Shown: positions 13,143 to 26,437 of the stretch, piece by piece | Layout of the letters: the number at the start of each line of letters is the position of its first letter | How positions within the stretch are numbered: position 1 is the stretch's first letter | NCBI GenBank assembly: GCA_024137785.1 | Contig: JAHRHZ010000062.1 | Span: 27,390,244-27,454,243, forward strand | Origin: Ginglymostoma cirratum | Lineage: Eukaryota | Direction of reading: 5' to 3' | Length of the DNA stretch: 64,000 bases | The notes under the pieces: generated by a model | Database searches by the model: none | What the model was told of the DNA's origin: nothing | Seen by the model: only the letters and a program-made list of their open reading frames with translations | Made by a program: the position numbers and the translations under genes

Positions 13143-16100
13143 ACAGGGAGTGATGGTATGAACTGGGTGATGTCAGCTTAACCACCTGCTAAATCCTTTT
13201 CCTGAAATTCATTTCCATGGACTTCGCCATTGCATGTTTTACGCTGTTGACCAAAGTGAAAATGATTTCCAGTATGTGAATTTGGCATGGGTTTTTTTGA
13301 TTAATTTTACAGAAATATCTTAACAATCTTCCCAGAGCATATGATTAAACAACAGATTTTTGATTTTCAAAAGCCTTTTGCAAATTTGTCAAATTGCTAC
13401 TCCTGAATTCATTGGATCAGCAACTGAGTAAAATTACCACATATCTGGTTAAACAGAGGCAACGTTAGAGCAAATTCCAACTATAACATAACAGATTTAA
13501 TGTCCTGCAACATTTAGGTGTAAACTGTGGGTAGCTCCTGCATAACAACGCAACGTCTACTTTTGTGCTTCTCATCTATAACTGCAAAGAGAAACAAATC
13601 CCCTGCGCCAATATTGGTCATATATAAATATTTGTAATAGTTACCATGGTAGTTTAGAAAGAAAAGGCAAGAAACAGTAAATGTTGAAAGTTACACCAGG
13701 AACAAAGATAAATATTTCTGGACAAGAATTTAAACTTTAGATAGCAAGTAGGTGAAACAGTGGAACAGTTATCATCCGGAGTGACTGTGGTCAAAAGTAA
13801 AGACTAAGATTTTCCTTTCCGTTCAGTCAACTGTGTGTTCCATTTGTCTACTCACTTCCCAATCTCTTGGTCTTTTTAAAATGCTCAGATGTAAAACATT
13901 AGCAGATACCACAAAGGTTTCAGTGAAGCCTTTTGTTCTCTCACATAGCGGGGTTTGCAGCTTCCATGCAGCCTGCGTCGTGTGTTTGTTTTAGTTTATT
14001 TTGTCAGAAGGGGATGGGGATAAGAACACAAGACATATAAGCAGGAAATGGACTAATCCGAACGTGGTTTGCAACAATATTAGACATTTAAAAAGGGTCT
14101 GATTACCCATTACGATGGAATTAACTCCATATGGACTTGACAATAAGAACTCTATTTTTTTTTCCTTAAGTTTGAATTGATGGTTCATATTTCCTCTCTC
14201 TAAGAATTAGTACAGAGGGAATTCTTTAAGATTCTCAACAATCAAGGCTGTTGATTACAAATTTAGATGGAAAACTTGTGATCCAAAAGGTTTCTTTTCA
14301 TCCTATCATAATGAAGAAAATTGCACAGTGTTCAACGTTTGTCTAGTTGTTCAAAAAATGAAGTGCAGTTTAGTTCTTGGCTGGTTACATGGTATGGGTA
14401 ATACATTACCTGACTTGCTGCATTACAATTCCACAGTCGTTCTCTGTTTTGTAAAATCCACTGCTACTCCCTACCCGTCTCCTGTCCCAGAGGTGCTGCC
14501 TCACATGGCTTTTACAGCTGCCAGCCATCCGCTGGCATCTCTCTCAATTGGTGTGTCTTTACCGTGAATCTGGGTAATGAGTGGTAGCAAGCTGCTCAAT
14601 TATGAGAGTCATCACAAGCTTTCCTGATTCAATGCTCACCCTATAATTTTTATAAACATACAGGCTTTTGTACAGGGGTCATTGGGCAACAATTAACACT
14701 GGAAACTCCAGCTGATTTTGTTTTCTCTTCCTTCTCAATTATCATGACCTGGTACCACCCAGGTGGAGATCAACTAACTCAGCATGAATCAAAGATCAGG
14801 ATTGCAATGTTACTGTTGTCTCTGGGTCAGTTTGATTTTCGGCCATTCATTTCACAGCAGCTTTCAACACTACAATTTTGGTAGACCGTTTAGACAGTGG
14901 AGTGATCCTTAGGAACAGTGAATGGCAAAAATAGAGCCCAGTTAGTGATAACTCTTCCATAAATTAGAGATGCTAAGTTAATTACTTAGGGAGCAGTTAG
15001 CTATCCTTCAATTGCATGCAGACTGTTGAAAACTCCACTGTTTATTAATCAATATTTTAATTCCTAATTACTGCTTTCTGTCATCTTGAAATGTTATATT
15101 ATAATTCAAATTGAAGCTGATTAAGCATGTCTTGTGTGGGTTTTTTAAAGATTGCAACTTGAAAGCTTTTGAAAAACAAATCCTTAAATCAAAATAAAAA
15201 TAAATAACATAAATTGGACTTTGGCTTGAAGGTAACATTATAGTGAAGCCTTGTAAATGATATATTGTCACTTAAAAGAAATGCTATTACTTTTATTGGG
15301 ACACACCAGCTAGAATTTGAGGTGGTTACAAATCAAATGTACATAGCACACTATTCAAAATGAATCTGCCTTAGGAGGAAAGAGAAGGCTGTGTTGTGCT
15401 TTTTTAAAAAACAAATTCAGTATTGAAGTGGATGGAGACAAATTGTGTCATAAACATCAATACTAGTATTGGGATATAACTTTAGCGTTCCTGCTGTTTG
15501 GCTGATCCGAAGACGCATGCTGCTTTAGGAAAATTAAGAAATTATTTGTCTTCTAGTGTAATGTCACATGGTTAAAATAGAGAGGGTGTTATCTGTTGTT
15601 TAAGCAAAATACGTTCTACATATAAGTAAACATTGGGATAATATCTAGGCATATGCACTAAGAAAGCTGTAGGCTCCGGCATCACACTGTGCTGGCTTAG
15701 CTGGACTGCTGCTGGACTAGTAACTAGGGCATTCCAAATGAATTTAGGAGGAAAAGGTAATGTTTCTGTCAGTTGTTATCCAATTTCTCCTGACCATCCA
15801 AAACCATTTCCTTTACAGCTGATTTTTTGACTCGTATGAGCTCAATGCCTCAGAGTCAGCTTCAGGTGTCAACATTGTTATATCTGACTTCTGGATCCCA
15901 GTTGTTTTGTGTTTGCCAGCTTGACACAAAGACACAGTTCATGGACGCTGGTCACTCAGACTCCAAACAAAAAGATCATCTACCCAGTAGCATCTTTCAC
16001 TCAATTTGAGGAAGTCGTGATTCAGGACTGTAGGTTTATGCCATGGCTCTCCATGTAACAGAATAGGCTGATTATTGATGTGCAGATCTTTGAACACGTG

Positions 16101-16827
16101 GGATAGGATGTTCTGTGAGGTGGTGGGATTCGAAGTGAGGATTCTTTTCCTTTCTTTTTCTGTCTTTGCCACCACACTGCCTCACTAAGTTGTTGTAATT
16201 CAACGCTTCGTGCAGCTTGATGAACAAATTGTTGCTATTTTGAATGACCGAAAACAAACTCTTTGCAGTCATTCATGTCACTGCTGTGGTACTTCAAGGA
16301 GCACTCCAGAGTATCATTGAAGGCTTTATTTGGCCCTCCCTGCAATGTTAACATTTGAACATTGAATAAGCAGGTCCTGGCAGGGGAGACATTTTGTAGT
16401 CATCCAGATACAGGATTTTGATTTGACTTTATAGGACTTTTGCCTGAATGTATGTAGAGCTGAATTCAAGAAGGACACAAGCATTTGTTTGATGGTCTTA
16501 TTAAATCTAGAGCATATGCCAGAGCTTTCGCTGGTGGATTATTTTTAACCATTCTTCTGTATTGCTAATGATTCACAGTTCAATCTCAGTGATTCAGCTA
16601 GTCACACTCCTGCCTCTGTGCTGGAAGGTCCTGGATTCAAATCCAATTCCAGGGCTTTTTGGCTGTGGAAGGAATGATCTCACAGCTCAAAGCAGGTTGT
16701 CAATCCTGTCAAAATCTTTCCAATTATCCACATAATTCTCTGAAGAGAGAAATAAGTGTGAAGCTGTGCAAAAAAAATTAAATAAGGCAGCTTGAACAAA
16801 GTCCAGTTGAGTAAATATGGCATGGAC

Positions 16828-17065
16828 CATAGAGTTAAAGAGTCATAGTGTCATATATCATGGAAGCAGAACCTTCCCTCCAACCCTTCCCAAACTAAAC
16901 TAATTTCACTTACCTGCATTTGGCCCATATCCCTCTAAACATTTCATATTCATGTACCTGTCCAAATGTCTTTTAAATCTTGTAACTGTACCTACACTTA
17001 CTCCTTTCCTTGGCAGTTCATTCCACACAAGAACCAAACTCTGTGTGGAAAATATCGCCCCACTG
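16828..17065 (-). mobile_element. CR1 LINE 3' end
   Basis: Reverse complement of 20510-20720 (ttagagggatatgggccaaatgcagg) with a ...gagtcatag tail. Confidence 0.85.
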
Positions 17066-20000
17066 TGTCATTTTAGACTCAATGTTCTAACCTATAAGGA
17101 GTCCTGACAGACTGATATCAGTGTTATCTTTGTTTCCACTTTGACACCCCCCCCCACCGTGATTGTTTTTCAGTGCTGGGTTATTTTAATGTCATTGGCA
17201 GTGGCGAGAGTCATTCCCATGACTGTCCAGGTTGACCATCTCTGATGACAAGACCAACCAGGGTACAGCTAGAGTGACTGCTTTAAAAAGTTTTCTTTTG
17301 TTAAGAGAATGTAATCATTTAATTTTTAATTATGCCACCCCCCGCCAATCCCAAGTCTACCTCAGCCACCTTAGTAGCATTGTAACAGGAAACAATCAGT
17401 ATATGCTAGTCACCAAGGATTTCAATAAAGATTTCAGACGACACAGAGTTTTTGCTGTCACCAATACATTATTATTGTCTCTATCTGTCTGCTGCACTGC
17501 CAGTAAATTTTGAAATTTGGCTGTTTTGTTTATTCTTGAATCTGGCTCCATTGTTTTACCAAGTTGGATTGTTGTTAGCAGCCTTCCATGTCCAATATCT
17601 GTAACTCCTTAATCAAGTGTAAATGAAAACTAGAGATGAAAGTTTCTCAATCCCTTACTCAGTTGATTGTTTCTAATGTTTTTAGCTAAAGTGGTAATTT
17701 CATTTCAGATGATTTTGTTTATTCCATATTGGCTACCTGAACATGCTTCAATCTGCGGTCAGGTGAACATTACAGCCATTTTAGGTCAATGTTTCTCACT
17801 TTTTAACAGTCATTCTAGTCCGAGAAGGCCTCAGGTATTAAAATCAGATAATGCAAGTTAATACTTGGTACTCCACATTTTACCATTACCATAACAGTTA
17901 GGATAAGACTTGAGTGGAGTTCCAGTGTTGATATGCACTAGCTGGGTTAAATACCCTGTTTCTGTGCTGTATATCCAATGTAATCCTACGTGTGTAGCAT
18001 GGAAGTTAATTATAGGAAGTACATTACATGATATGTTCCCGTCATTAACCTATCAACAGATTATGCTTGCCACATAGGAGGTGACTTACAGAATGTCGAC
18101 TGTAACTTTGATCGACAGCTATTAGATTGGCTCCCCACTAAATATACTGATCCTGTGTGCTACAAATTCAATTAAAATTCAGCAGACATTTCACACTTAA
18201 GTTACTTCTGTGCCTCAAACTGCTTATGACACGTTGTAACTACATTAGCTGCAGCCTCTTTGGTGACACTCTAGGAGCCTGGTTTTACATTATCTGTTCT
18301 TGGGCTGTGGATTAAGAGAGTACAGTAATTATTGTTGATCCCTAGTTTTCTAAGGTAATTAAGAGAAAACCACATGATAGGAACCAAATTGAGTGGCCAG
18401 CTCCTTTCCTTTAATGGCAATTAACAAAACAGACACTATGCCATTCTCAACTGTGGGATTGGTTTGTGGAATGACATTGCAGGCAAACATTCTTGCAAGT
18501 ACCTCGTGATGCACAACCTGATGCTGATCTGATCCATTATCTGTCTGCAGACCTGTGCCCACACCTTGAGTTTCTCGTGTGCAAATATCACTTTTCAGCT
18601 TTGACAGTTCCCACCCTGACAAAGGCTGCTTTAGATTGAAAGTCCTCCAAAGGCATTGAAAGTGTTGCCTCCTTCCATCTCTGAATTTAACACTCCTCAT
18701 TAATTGATCAATACTATTTGATTTCAGTTACATCACTCTTTTTGGTCCTGCAACTTTATATGATAAATGCATACTTAAGCCAATTTTCTTATACATTTAA
18801 GAATTTGAAAGCAGTCTCCTCAGACCACCTTTAAATATCCTGAATTAGAAAAGAGGATACTGTCCTGTTAGAAAGGTCACCACGAATCAGCAGTCTAGAG
18901 CTCTGCATTATATACATTTTTGCAGAGCTTTGCTTTCTACTGACAAGGCTACACAATATTATTCACTGATGTTAACTTGTACTTAAATGCATGTTACAGT
19001 GTGAAAAGATACCTGCAACGCAACCACAGCAATGAATAGAGGTCATTTGTATTCCAAGACTTAGATTAAATCATTTTCTTCGAAGTGCATTTGTTTATAT
19101 TCCTTAAATTCCCCTCTTCTCTCATTACATTGTTTCCTAAAGCTGAACATACAATGTTTGCGTGAGTGCTAATTCTTTGCAGGAGCCCAATTCACACAGT
19201 GGATTCTTTTGTGACAGACTGTCTGCTTTAGCACAAAGGCATAGTCAAAGATCAAGTGAAAAGGTTTTGTTTTTGGCTGCATATCTCAACTGTTTCAAGT
19301 TCAGGCGTGTTTTAGACAGGTGTGATTAGGCACTATAGTTTTAAGGACATATTTATGGTCCCTGTGGGGAACTGTTCATAAAGATTGTCATACTGTAACC
19401 ACAGTGTAAACGTACACTGTAAATCAAATTCTCAAATAAATTATACTCACAAAGACTTATCAAATGGATAATGTTCCTGTCAAACGTTCTTGTTTATATG
19501 TGTGCTTGAGCTAAAAATCCCCATTACCTGACCTAAGGTGTAATAATTTGTTCCTGTCAACTCGGTTACTTACAACAGATGGAAATAGGAATAATATTCA
19601 TTTAATCCCATTTATGTTCATTTAAAATAAAGAAAACAGTACAAATACTTATCATAAATGCTGTACCCAATAGTGTAAAACATCTGAGTGGGCTACTCTT
19701 CCACAATGCAACCTGGTTAGAATTTCCAATTAGATTTCTGCAGGTCATTTCTCAATAGATATATACTGGACACGACAATCATTAATCTTCATATGCAAAT
19801 ATTGTTGTTGATGAACAACATGGAGGCAAACCTGTGCACCATTGGAAATCAGTTTTAATTTGGCGAGAGTGATGGGTATTTTATGGCGATTTTTGAGGTT
19901 GGAATATAATTTCAGAATTCAAGTGAAAGGTATAAAACATGATGTTAATGTAGGGCACAATGTTGTATTATTCCAAACCTTGAATCCTAGCCGATGTTTT

Positions 20001-20384
20001 CCAGCTGACTTCAACTTCCATTTATAAAGTCATTAGATAGAAATTGTGTAATACGGTATTGGTCATAAATACATTGATCTGCTTACCCCCCAACCCCTTT
20101 CAATAGTTGACTGGTTTAATCAAAACAGAGATTGAAGAAGTTTCATATTGTTGCATTATTGTTTTAGTTCCTGCTATTGTGCAGCGTGATGCTGACTTTA
20201 AACAGGTTTTGATACTTATCTCTTTATTGGTATCCCTTGATCAGATCACTGTGTGTTGCAGATAGTTGCTATTCTTAACTTGTTCTTCAGTTTTCTGCCC
20301 AAAGGCAAGTCTTTGCTGATTATTTGCCTAACCATGGTAAATTACCATGATATTTTGCTACAGAGAGAGTAAAGAGGCAGCCCC

Positions 20385-20720
20385 TTAACTTAGATTGTAG
20401 AGGTTTATAAAATCATGAGGAGCATCGATAGGGTGGCTAGCCATGGTCTTTCTTCCCAGGGCAGGCGTGTCCAAAACTAGAGGGCATAGGCTTAAAGTGA
20501 GAGGGGCAACTTTTTTTATGCAGAGGGTAGTGTGTATATGGAATAAGCTGCCAGAGGAAGTGGTGGAAGCTGGTACAATTGCACCATTTAAAAGGCATCT
20601 GGATGGGTGCGTGAATAGGAAGGATTTAGAGGGATATGGGCCGAATGCTGGCAAATGGGTCTGCGTGGACGTGTTGGACTGAAGGGTTTGTTTTTGTGCT
20701 GTACAACTCTATGACTCTAC
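20385..20720 (+). mobile_element. CR1 LINE 3' end with ctctatgactcta tail
   Basis: ORF 20443..20682 SKTRGHRLKV...FFMQRVVCIWNKLPEEVVEAGTI..FKRHLD is the CR1 ORF2 C-terminus. Confidence 0.92.
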
Positions 20721-21314
20721 AAAGTCAGAGTGGTAATTAAATTCCATGCAGTTGGCTTCACCCTGATCCACACACTTGCCACCTAGCCAGCTTAAGCAAA
20801 AAAAGGAAGACCAGTTAGTTATTCAGAGAATATTGGGAAAGCAGTTTATGAAGCTCTGAACATTTTCTTTGCATTTATTCAGCTGTAGCTAGTCAATAAA
20901 ATCTCAAAATGCTACATCATATTGTTGCTGTAGAAATGCAGAACTTAAGAGGTTAAAACATTGTTAGAACAACTGGAGTCTGTTTGGCAATCACAAAATG
21001 ATTGAATAGATTTAGATATCACAGGCATGCATGTGACTATAGATAATACAGACATGTCAGTACACACTGCAGGAGTGTGTAAAACCTACTTCATCAAATG
21101 CCTTTCTAGTGTCTGTTTAATCAAGGACAATATATCTAAATTCCTATAACAGCATTTTCTATTTAAATTCAAATTCATTTTTAGTGAAATCTAAAAGGAT
21201 CCACAGCCAATCTATCCCTAACTATCCAATAATCGCTGTGTCTGTAATAGACTTGAACTGTTTAGCTGGCTATTACTGGAAAACAGACCTCATTTTCACA
21301 TAACTAGCAGGAAA

Positions 21315-21425
21315 AGCTGAACAGACTGGACTTTTTTCTCCAGAAAAGGGAAGACTGAGAGCTGATCTGATAGAGATCTTTAAAATTATGACGGGGTTCA
21401 ACAGAGTAGACATAGCAGATGTTTC
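21315..21425 (+). mobile_element. CR1 ORF2 fragment
   Basis: Encodes LNRLDFFLQK/RLRADLIEIFKIMTGFNRVD-like peptide with a frameshift. Confidence 0.75.
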
Positions 21426-21857
21426 AATTGGGAGATGCATGAATGCCTCAGTTTGTAGTATTCCTGCTTCGCAATCAGAAAACTTTGGTTTAAAGTGCCA
21501 TGACTTGTAGCTGTGTTGATCTGTGCCTCAAAACAGACTGTTAATCAATAAGTACAAAATAATCATTTATAATGGATTTAGGGGAACTACTTGATACAGA
21601 AAGGGCATGATTTAAGCAGGTGTCATTAAGCACTACACTCTGAAGGATATTAAAAATTGTGGTCCCTGGACAGAACTAATTATCACAGTGCCACAATGCA
21701 AAAGTTGCTTGCAGACATGCCTCAGAGAGATCCAGAGTGTTGTGATCTAAAACCAAATTTTTGATATGACCAGAGTTTTCACAGGCAGCGTTCGCCACAA
21801 TGAATTCATGTGATACAACACATATAACTTAAGAGGTACTCTCAGTGATTTTCTAAA

Positions 21858-22605
21858 TTCATTCATGGGATGGTTTCTGCTTCGCTGGTTAGGCCAGCAT
21901 TTATTACCCATCCGTAAATGCCCTGGAGAAGACTGTCTTATTGAACAGCTGCAGCCTTTTGGGTATAGGGACATCTAGAATGCTGTTATAGAGGATGTTC
22001 CAGGATTTTGACCTAGTGACGATCAAGGAATGCAATAAGGTTTCAAGTCAGGATGATGAGAGACTTGGAAAGGAACTCACAGATGATGGTACTATCCTTC
22101 TAGGTAGTACAGGTCACAGGTTTGGAAGGTGCTGTTGACAGTGCCGTAGTTATTGCTGTGCATCTTGTCGGTGGTATTCACTGCTATCACTGTGTATTGG
22201 AGGTGGAAGTTATTAACATAGTGCCAATCTATAGGCTGTTTTGTCCTGGACAGTGTTGAGCTACTTGAGAGTTATTAGACTTGCACCCATTCAGACAAAT
22301 GGAGAATGGGGAGTCAGGATTTGAGTTGCTCACTGCAGAATTTCTGCCCTTGTAGCCACAGTGTTTATATGACTGGTCCAGTTCAATTTCGTAAATGGAA
22401 AAGCCCAGGATGTTGATAGTGGGGGATTCAGCAATGGGAATTCCATTCATCAAGGGGTGATGGTTAGATTCTCTGTTGTTGGAGATAGTCTTTTGTGCCC
22501 CACATGTGCAAAGCAATGTTACTTGCCGCATGTTTGCTAAATCCTGGATATTGTCCAGATCTTCCTACATGGATACAGTTTGCTTCAGCATCTGAGGAGT
22601 CAGGA
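21858..22605 (-). mobile_element. CR1/L2-clade LINE 3' portion (second family)
   Basis: ORF 22229..22531 HPLMNGIPIAESPTINILG resembles the post-RT ...ITESPTINILGVTID; minus strand ends ...aataaatgctggcct...cccatgaatgaat. Confidence 0.75.
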
Positions 22606-22868
22606 AATTTGCTTAGGCAGTTTATATTCTCGATTGTGTTTGCATTAATTGTAGTAGCAATAACTGCTATGGTGACCAAACATCTTTCTTTAAGATATCT
22701 ATCAAGCACAGTAAAGATGTGATTGACCAGGCTGTTACTTTAAAAAGAGTTTGGGTAGATTATACGATGTGGGTTTTCTCTCCTGACAAGAAATAAATGC
22801 TTTAATGAAAAAGAAGAGACTGATTTTAACTGGCTATGCTACTCCGATCAATAGATATTTTCCTACTC

Positions 22869-22970
22869 AACCTGTTAAGAGATATTAATCCACACCTCTG
22901 GATCAGGTTGGACTTGAACTCAGGCCTCTTGACCCAGAGGTAGGGAGACTACCGCTGTGCCATAAGAGCC
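22869..22970 (-). mobile_element. Short (~100 bp) tRNA-derived SINE
   Basis: Minus strand GGCTCTTATGGCACAGCGGTAG (A box)...GAGTTCAAGTCC (B box)...ccagaggtgtg...aacaggtt; related copies at 12095 and 31872. Confidence 0.8.
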
Positions 22971-23689
22971 TCACTCCTAGCTGTGTTTCTTGGCTGTGAA
23001 TTTCCACTGGGTGTCTTCCAATGATTACAATTTTAGCAGAATATCTGCAGGTGCCTATTTTAAAAAAAGAGGTAAATCATTGATGCCACTTCTGTACAGT
23101 TTTATGTCCAAATTATGATGGTAATTGAGGAAATCCCAATGGGAATTAAAATATCCTTATGCTCGATCACCTCAAATCTGCATTGTCCTTTTTAATTTCT
23201 CCACTCAGCAGCTTTAATTCTCACTTCCTTTCACAATGTATCATGTGGAAGAGTACTCAATGTAAAATGGAAGCAATGGATGCAGACAATGTTTTTTTAT
23301 CAAATTTTTCTGCATTGTAACATTGAAGTTTTAATGAGTTGGTATAGTCCTCAAATGTGGCCTTGAGGAATAATTTTATCAATGCATGTTTCTGGTGTTG
23401 TGTCTTAGCTGCTGAGAGTGCATATTGAGAATTTGAGCATGGTGCTTCCCATTATTTTCTACCTGTTTAAAATTATTGAATTAAAAATGATGTAGACTAC
23501 ATATCTGACATTTTTGAAAGCTCTACTGCTGAGGAGGGAGCACAAATTCAGAGAACTGCTCATTTAGTGCTGTATTTGTTCCGAAATGGAAATGGAATTT
23601 ATCATACCAAATGTTGTTCTGTCATATTTTTAAATATAGAAGTTTTTATTGATTCATAGGATGAGACTGTCATTAAAAGACCAGCATTT

Positions 23690-24030
23690 AATATAAGATC
23701 ACAATAAATAGGAACAACAGAAAGTCGATTTTTCCTCAAAGTCTGCTCCAACAAGATTATCGCTGTTTTTCTACTTGTATCCACTTTTCCTGTTTTATCT
23801 TCAGACCATTCAATTTTCTTTGTACCTCTGTTTTGGATATACTTACTACTGACCATCCACATATCCCTGGGGTAGCAAATTCTGAAGATTCACAACTATT
23901 TGAGTGAAAAAAAATCTCTCTTCAGCTCTGTCTTAACTGGCTAATCCCTATCCTGATACTATGACCCCAAGTCTAGAGACCCCCCAGCCAGGGGAAACAA
24001 CTTTCCTGATCATGTCAAAGTTTTAAGAAC
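23690..24030 (-). mobile_element. Degraded CR1 3' fragment
   Basis: ggtagcaaattctgaagattcacaac...tgtcttaactggc...gggaaacaac is homologous to 48330-48410 and 56575-56695. Confidence 0.65.
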
Positions 24031-24104
24031 TTGATGTTTCAAATAGATCACTACTCCCATTATTTACCACTACTTGGGAAGATGGTAGAGGGCCACTATC
24101 GTAG

Positions 24105-24380
24105 CTTACTCGGTCATTTCACAGGGCTGTTAAGATTCAACAAAATTGTTGAGTCTAGTGCCATATGTGTCACAGATTGGATAACATTCTTTTTTCCTAA
24201 AGGACACCAAGTAGGTTATTACAACAGTCCAGCGGCTTCATGGATGCCACTGCTGATTCTAGCCTGTTAATTCAGCTTCCAGGTTTATTTACCCCCACCA
24301 GCTGCTTTTCGGGATAAGAGCTTCTACTTCAGCCCATTAGCTTTTGGCTCTGGGTTACGTCAGCAGTAACATAACCAGTA
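24105..24380 (-). mobile_element. Degraded SINE-like repeat, same family as 63295-63440
   Basis: ggtcatttcacagggctgttaagattcaac...ttcctaaaggaca aligns by eye with ggccatttcagaggttagttaaaagttaac...ttccctgaaggaca. Strand is inferred. Confidence 0.55.
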
Positions 24381-25516
24381 TGGCATTGTATTCCAAAGTT
24401 GATCTTTTAAACCCATGATAGATGAAAACTGAATCATGGATACTTTTAAAAATTATGGACTTAAATTTGTAATTGAAAAGCCAATATGAGACAGAAACAT
24501 GTTGATATCTGAGAAACTGATCATCTGTATAGTGCTTTATTGTACAAGGTTATATCAGAATATTACTCTTAAAGTGAACTCATTTAATGAAAATTCAATT
24601 GCTTTACAACTATTTGTGTGATAATTCACTAATGAAATAGCATAATTAAAAAACATACAGAATATTATACTGAATCATATTGTATAAAATACCCCTATAG
24701 ATGGAGAGCTAGTGTTATGAGAGGGGAAAGAACAGCAAGAACGGTGACTAAATGCTAAAACAAGATTCATTCACTCCTGCTCTTAGTCAAACCTATGAAA
24801 AATGTTCATTCCAGCTTAGCTAAAAGAAGCTATCCTAGCATTGCAATTTTTGCTTGTAAAACGTGGCTTACAAACCTGAAGACACACCTCCATTAGATTA
24901 GAGACCCTTTCGAATTAGTGTCAAGAATGCAGCAATTTCAAATTCAGCTGAACCTGAACTTGCAGCTTTCTCCAGCTCATCAAACTGTCACTCAGTAATA
25001 CTCAGTCGTGACACATTGAACAATGTTTTGGTGCCAAAAGAGATCTGAGTATTCATTCTCTGAGGGCCCCATTGCTCAAGGAACCATGTGCTTATATTCC
25101 TAAAAGTAGCAGGAACCTGATGACTCAACATATTCTGATATGTAAGAATAAAGGCTGAACGTTTATGTATGCACACAAGCCTATTTATTCTGTTAAAACA
25201 GTGTCAATCAGAAAGCAATGGCACTGAGGGCATCATAAATTTCTGAACTGTTCCTGAGGAACAGACACTAGCTGTCATGTCTGAACTAGCATTTCACTGC
25301 TGGGGTAATGGATGCCTTCATCTGGCCCAGCAGTCAGCAGATTGCCCTGTGTTGATGGATACTGTCAGCTGAATGCTACACTAGATTTCACTGCACAATA
25401 AACACGGCTCTCTGAGCCCATGCAAAGTGAAATCAATTTATCCTGTATGCTCTGCGCATGCTAAATAAAATTAATGTACTGTGTTGCTCTCTTTTCTTCC
25501 TGCTCCGATGTTTCAG

Positions 25517-25750
25517 GGAGTAAGGCAATGAATGGGTCTCCAGCTAAACTACAGCAGTATTATTGTTGGCCAACAGGAAGCACTACGGTGACGGAGGCAC
25601 GGGTTTACAGAGAAACCAGGGGTCGCAGCAACAACGAGCCACATATCAAACGACCAATGAATGCGTTCATGGTGTGGGCAAAGGACGAGCGCAGGAAGAT
25701 ACTGCAGGCATTTCCAGACATGCATAACTCAAACATCAGCAAAATCTTGG
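25517..25750 (+). CDS. SOX6: SOX6 exon (234 nt), N-terminal part of the HMG box: [20 protein letters not shown]...[37 protein letters not shown](G)
   Basis: tttcag|GG acceptor and TTGG|gtgagt donor; [12 protein letters not shown] signature with SoxD-type [20 protein letters not shown]; phase 1-1. Confidence 0.97.
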
Positions 25751-25836
25751 GTGAGTGGCTGAAAGAAGTGTTTCAAACAATGCAACGGATACCCACTAAC
25801 AGCTTCCTCCTGGAGTAGTGTATCTTGTGTAAACTT

Positions 25837-26437
25837 GTATTGCTGATAAAAGATACATACTATTGAAGCATTTCATCCTCCACTCATCAGAGCAGGTGCA
25901 AGCATATCAAACTTGAAAGGGAACCACAATTTGCATCGCTTGAGAAAGGGTGCTGGTTGGATGGCAAGGGGAACCTATGGTATTGCCATAGGAATGCATC
26001 AGGGAACTATTGTCCCATATGCTTTTGTTTACTTCTGTTTTCAGAGAAGTGAGCCCTGTTTATGATTAAAAATATATCCCAGCAAAAATAAGTGAGCTGT
26101 GCACTGAGTCTGACTGATAATTTAATATTGGTTGTTAGTGTAATTCCTAGAACACCTAGGATTGTTCAGCTAGTGCTGTCCAAGCGCAAATGACATCTAA
26201 TATTGAACCCTATATTTTGGGTTTCGCAAAAATGGACTGGAGGAGAATCATTAGTACTCTGCCTCTTGCAAGCAGCCATATAAATATGCTGTTTGATACA
26301 ACCCACTTTCCAACCAAACAGCACTTTTTCTGAACCTGTATATAATGTTGTTCCCTTTGAAATTTGGTGTTCTTATATCTAACCTGAAGAGAGCAAGACA
26401 AAAAGCTTTGACAGCATATCTCTTTGTTCAGCAATAC
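25837..26437. mobile_element. ~600 bp element with ~135 bp diverged inverted arms, each holding a decayed hammerhead-like core
   Basis: Left arm reverse complement ...gttccctttcaagtttgat...CTGATGAgtggaggatGAAAtgcttc...cagcaatac versus right arm ...gttccctttgaaatttggt...CTGAAGAgagcaagacAAAAagctttgac...cagcaatac. Confidence 0.7.

Noticed and set aside
15940-16510. Possible RTE-like LINE remnant
   Set aside because: Too degraded to point to a defensible protein motif.
22869-22970. tRNA gene
   Set aside because: A/B boxes are present but no complete cloverleaf, and diverged copies share a non-tRNA tail, so it is a SINE. The same applies to the head at ~16600-16655.
25474-25818. ORF-track 114-aa ORF as a standalone HMG gene
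   Set aside because: Its ATG and C-terminal tail lie in introns; only 25517-25750 is exon. Likewise for ORFs 34762..34983 and 37211..37546.
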